DNA of 64,000 bases, taken from IMG/VR virus record IMGVR_UViG_3300028800_000062, positions 1-64,000 of that record; one strand, written 5' to 3'. Origin of the DNA: a virus. The notes under the pieces were generated by a model, which did no database searches, had not been told where the DNA came from, and was given only the letters and a program-made list of their open reading frames with translations. The position numbers and the translations under genes were made by a program. Shown here one piece after another: positions 62,354 to 64,000 of this stretch (its first letter is position 1; each line of letters starts with the position of its first letter).

Positions 62354-64000
62354 ATGTATAAGACGTTTCTTTTGATGATCTTCACCACTATTTCGGTCTT
62401 TGCCCAGTGCCCGGCAGGCACGGTGAATGTAAAACTGCTGCCAGGCTTCTGGGCTTGCGTGCCTTCCGGATCTGTAGGGTCAAAGTCGACACCTCCTCCA
62501 GTAATACCTCCCGCGTCCATGACTTCCGCGGCTGATGCCGCCTACTTGTCCAAAGGCAACAACGCTGTCGTACGAACGGTGCAGTCTAAACTGTCGGATA
62601 TCTATAATCTTGCGGATTACGGTGGGGTCTGTGACGGAACGACGGACAACACTGCGGCTTTCTCCAATGCGATCGCGGCCGTGGTGGCAACCGGCGGTGG
62701 TCAACTGCAGCTTCCGTCCGGAACTTGTATGAGCGGAACGATCAACCTGCCGGAAGGTGTGGCATTTGCAATGGTAGGCCAGGGCGTGGACGCAACGACG
62801 ATCAAGTTGAAGAACGGCGTGAACGCAGACCTGATTACGCAGGCGGACTTCGGTGCTTTGACAGGGTCGGACACCGCGGTTGGATTATTCCGCGTGAAGT
62901 TGTCGGCAATGACGCTGGACGGTAACAAAACACACCAAGCCGGCACGTCCTGGGTACTGCGGACCTACGGGCACGGCAACTATTGGTCGGACCTGGTGAT
63001 CCAGAACGGATTGACCGGAGGTAGATATAGCGAGTGGGCTTTGGACGCGTCGTTCTCAGCGCCGGCTAACGATCTGGAAGACTCATACACCAACGTGAAG
63101 ACGATCTTCAATGGAGTCACGCAGGCACTCTCGACCGTAACACTCACGTTTAACGCCACTTATGGGAGTGGTTACACGCACTTCATCACGATCGGTGCGA
63201 ACACGTACTCATACATTCAGCAATTGAACGACACCTCGGCGACAATCGCCCAGGCGTTATTGAGCTTGATCACTGATCGGAACGCAACGGCTACGGCGAG
63301 TGGACAGACTGCGATTGTGCTGACGGCCGCGGCAAACAGTGGCGCAACGGTGAGCGTATCGGCTTCAGACGGTAATGCAGGTGGTAGTCTGATCGAGAGT
63401 CAGTCCGGGGACGGGTTTCTGTTTCGCGGACCGCATGACTCGGTGTTTCAGGACTTCATCAGTTACGGCAACACAGGATGGGGCCTGCACAACCAGACCA
63501 GCTCGACTTATAACGGCGGAGGTCTGCACTTCTCCCATCTCAATGTTTACATGAATACGCTGGGCGGCGCTTACAACGAAGACGGAATGGTGTGCAATGA
63601 TTGTGCGCTGACCACGGCGACAGGACTGGGGCACTTGATCGCGCAGTATTCCGGATCTACTACGATCACGGCGGGAACCTGGGCCGGGCCTGTCGGGTTT
63701 GAGTGCCGGAACGCGTCGGACAGTTTGCAGGGGATTGTGGTGAACACTACAGTGGATGGAATGTTCCTCAACGGCTGCGAATACTCGCGTATCGACGTGA
63801 CTACTTTTCAGACCAATAGCCCAATGTTCCGAGTGAAGTCGTCGGCAACTAATAACACCATCATAGTGAACGGAGAGAGCACCGCAAGCACTGTGTTGTT
63901 CGATCCGTCAGGGTTAAGTGCCTTTCCCGCTACCAACTGCGTGCAGGTCAACGTCCATGGTCCGGCCGGATCCATGGCGCACAAGTATTATCAGCCCTGC
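62354..64000 (+). CDS. Tailspike-like beta-helix (pectate_lyase_3/GH55-like) protein with signal peptide, truncated (not in ORF track)
   Basis: GGAG RBS; MYKTFLLMIFTTISVFA/Q; RTVQSKLSDIYNLADYGGVCDGTTDNTAAFSNAI...LPSGT; reads open to the window end. Confidence 0.8.
   Translation, partial: MYKTFLLMIFTTISVFAQCPAGTVNVKLLPGFWACVPSGSVGSKSTPPPVIPPASMTSAADAAYLSKGNNAVVRTVQSKLSDIYNLADYGGVCDGTTDNTAAFSNAIAAVVATGGGQLQLPSGTCMSGTINLPEGVAFAMVGQGVDATTIKLKNGVNADLITQADFGALTGSDTAVGLFRVKLSAMTLDGNKTHQAGTSWVLRTYGHGNYWSDLVIQNGLTGGRYSEWALDASFSAPANDLEDSYTNVKTIFNGVTQALSTVTLTFNATYGSGYTHFITIGANTYSYIQQLNDTSATIAQALLSLITDRNATATASGQTAIVLTAAANSGATVSVSASDGNAGGSLIESQSGDGFLFRGPHDSVFQDFISYGNTGWGLHNQTSSTYNGGGLHFSHLNVYMNTLGGAYNEDGMVCNDCALTTATGLGHLIAQYSGSTTITAGTWAGPVGFECRNASDSLQGIVVNTTVDGMFLNGCEYSRIDVTTFQTNSPMFRVKSSATNNTIIVNGESTASTVLFDPSGLSAFPATNCVQVNVHGPAGSMAHKYYQPC

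Larger units (their letters stand above)
1..64000. mobile_element. Large myovirus-like bacteriophage genome segment (both ends truncated)
   Basis: Terminase-portal-protease-capsid-neck-sheath-tube-chaperone order on + strand; dense small coupled ORFs on - strand; no host housekeeping genes seen. Confidence 0.96.

Noticed and set aside
1-64000. Integrase, reverse transcriptase/DGR, introns or inteins, alternative genetic code
   Set aside because: No such motifs seen; terminase, portal and capsid ORFs are uninterrupted in the standard code

Overview
This window looks like 64 kb of a large, fairly GC-rich tailed phage with a contractile tail (myovirus-like). No host housekeeping genes, tRNAs, CRISPR arrays, integrase or transposase were recognised. 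It has two divergent arms. The left arm (1-14680, minus strand) is a dense run of small, often ATGA-coupled early-type genes (NADAR, Lar-like, OB-fold, Zn-finger, membrane and secreted proteins), headed by a 990-aa single-subunit two-barrel RNA polymerase of the cellular-RdRP/YonO type with an atypical DWDD catalytic loop. The control region (14680-16240) holds three regularly spaced repeats, a basic DNA-binding protein gene, a promoter/terminator-bounded sRNA and a further structured non-coding stretch. The right arm (16241-64000, plus strand) encodes a PAS-HAD fusion, an HTH-metallophosphoesterase, tiny basic proteins, glycine-zipper proteins, terminase, portal, prohead protease, capsid, fibres, neck, sheath, three tube-like paralogues, a papain-like protease, tail chaperones, a 1653-aa DEDDh-exonuclease/tape-measure-like/SNase-like protein and a truncated beta-helix tailspike. 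Four recurring cis-motifs were read directly from the DNA: a late-promoter-like CTATACTARCAA (5 copies), a palindromic operator CTAACA-N3-TGTTAG, two NrdR-box-like palindromes, and a 5'-UTR motif shared by the capsid and tube genes next to a Com-like zinc ribbon. Several structural-module proteins carry Sec-type signal peptides. An Acidobacteriota-like host is a tentative inference. All family assignments come from motif recognition by eye, not from database searches.
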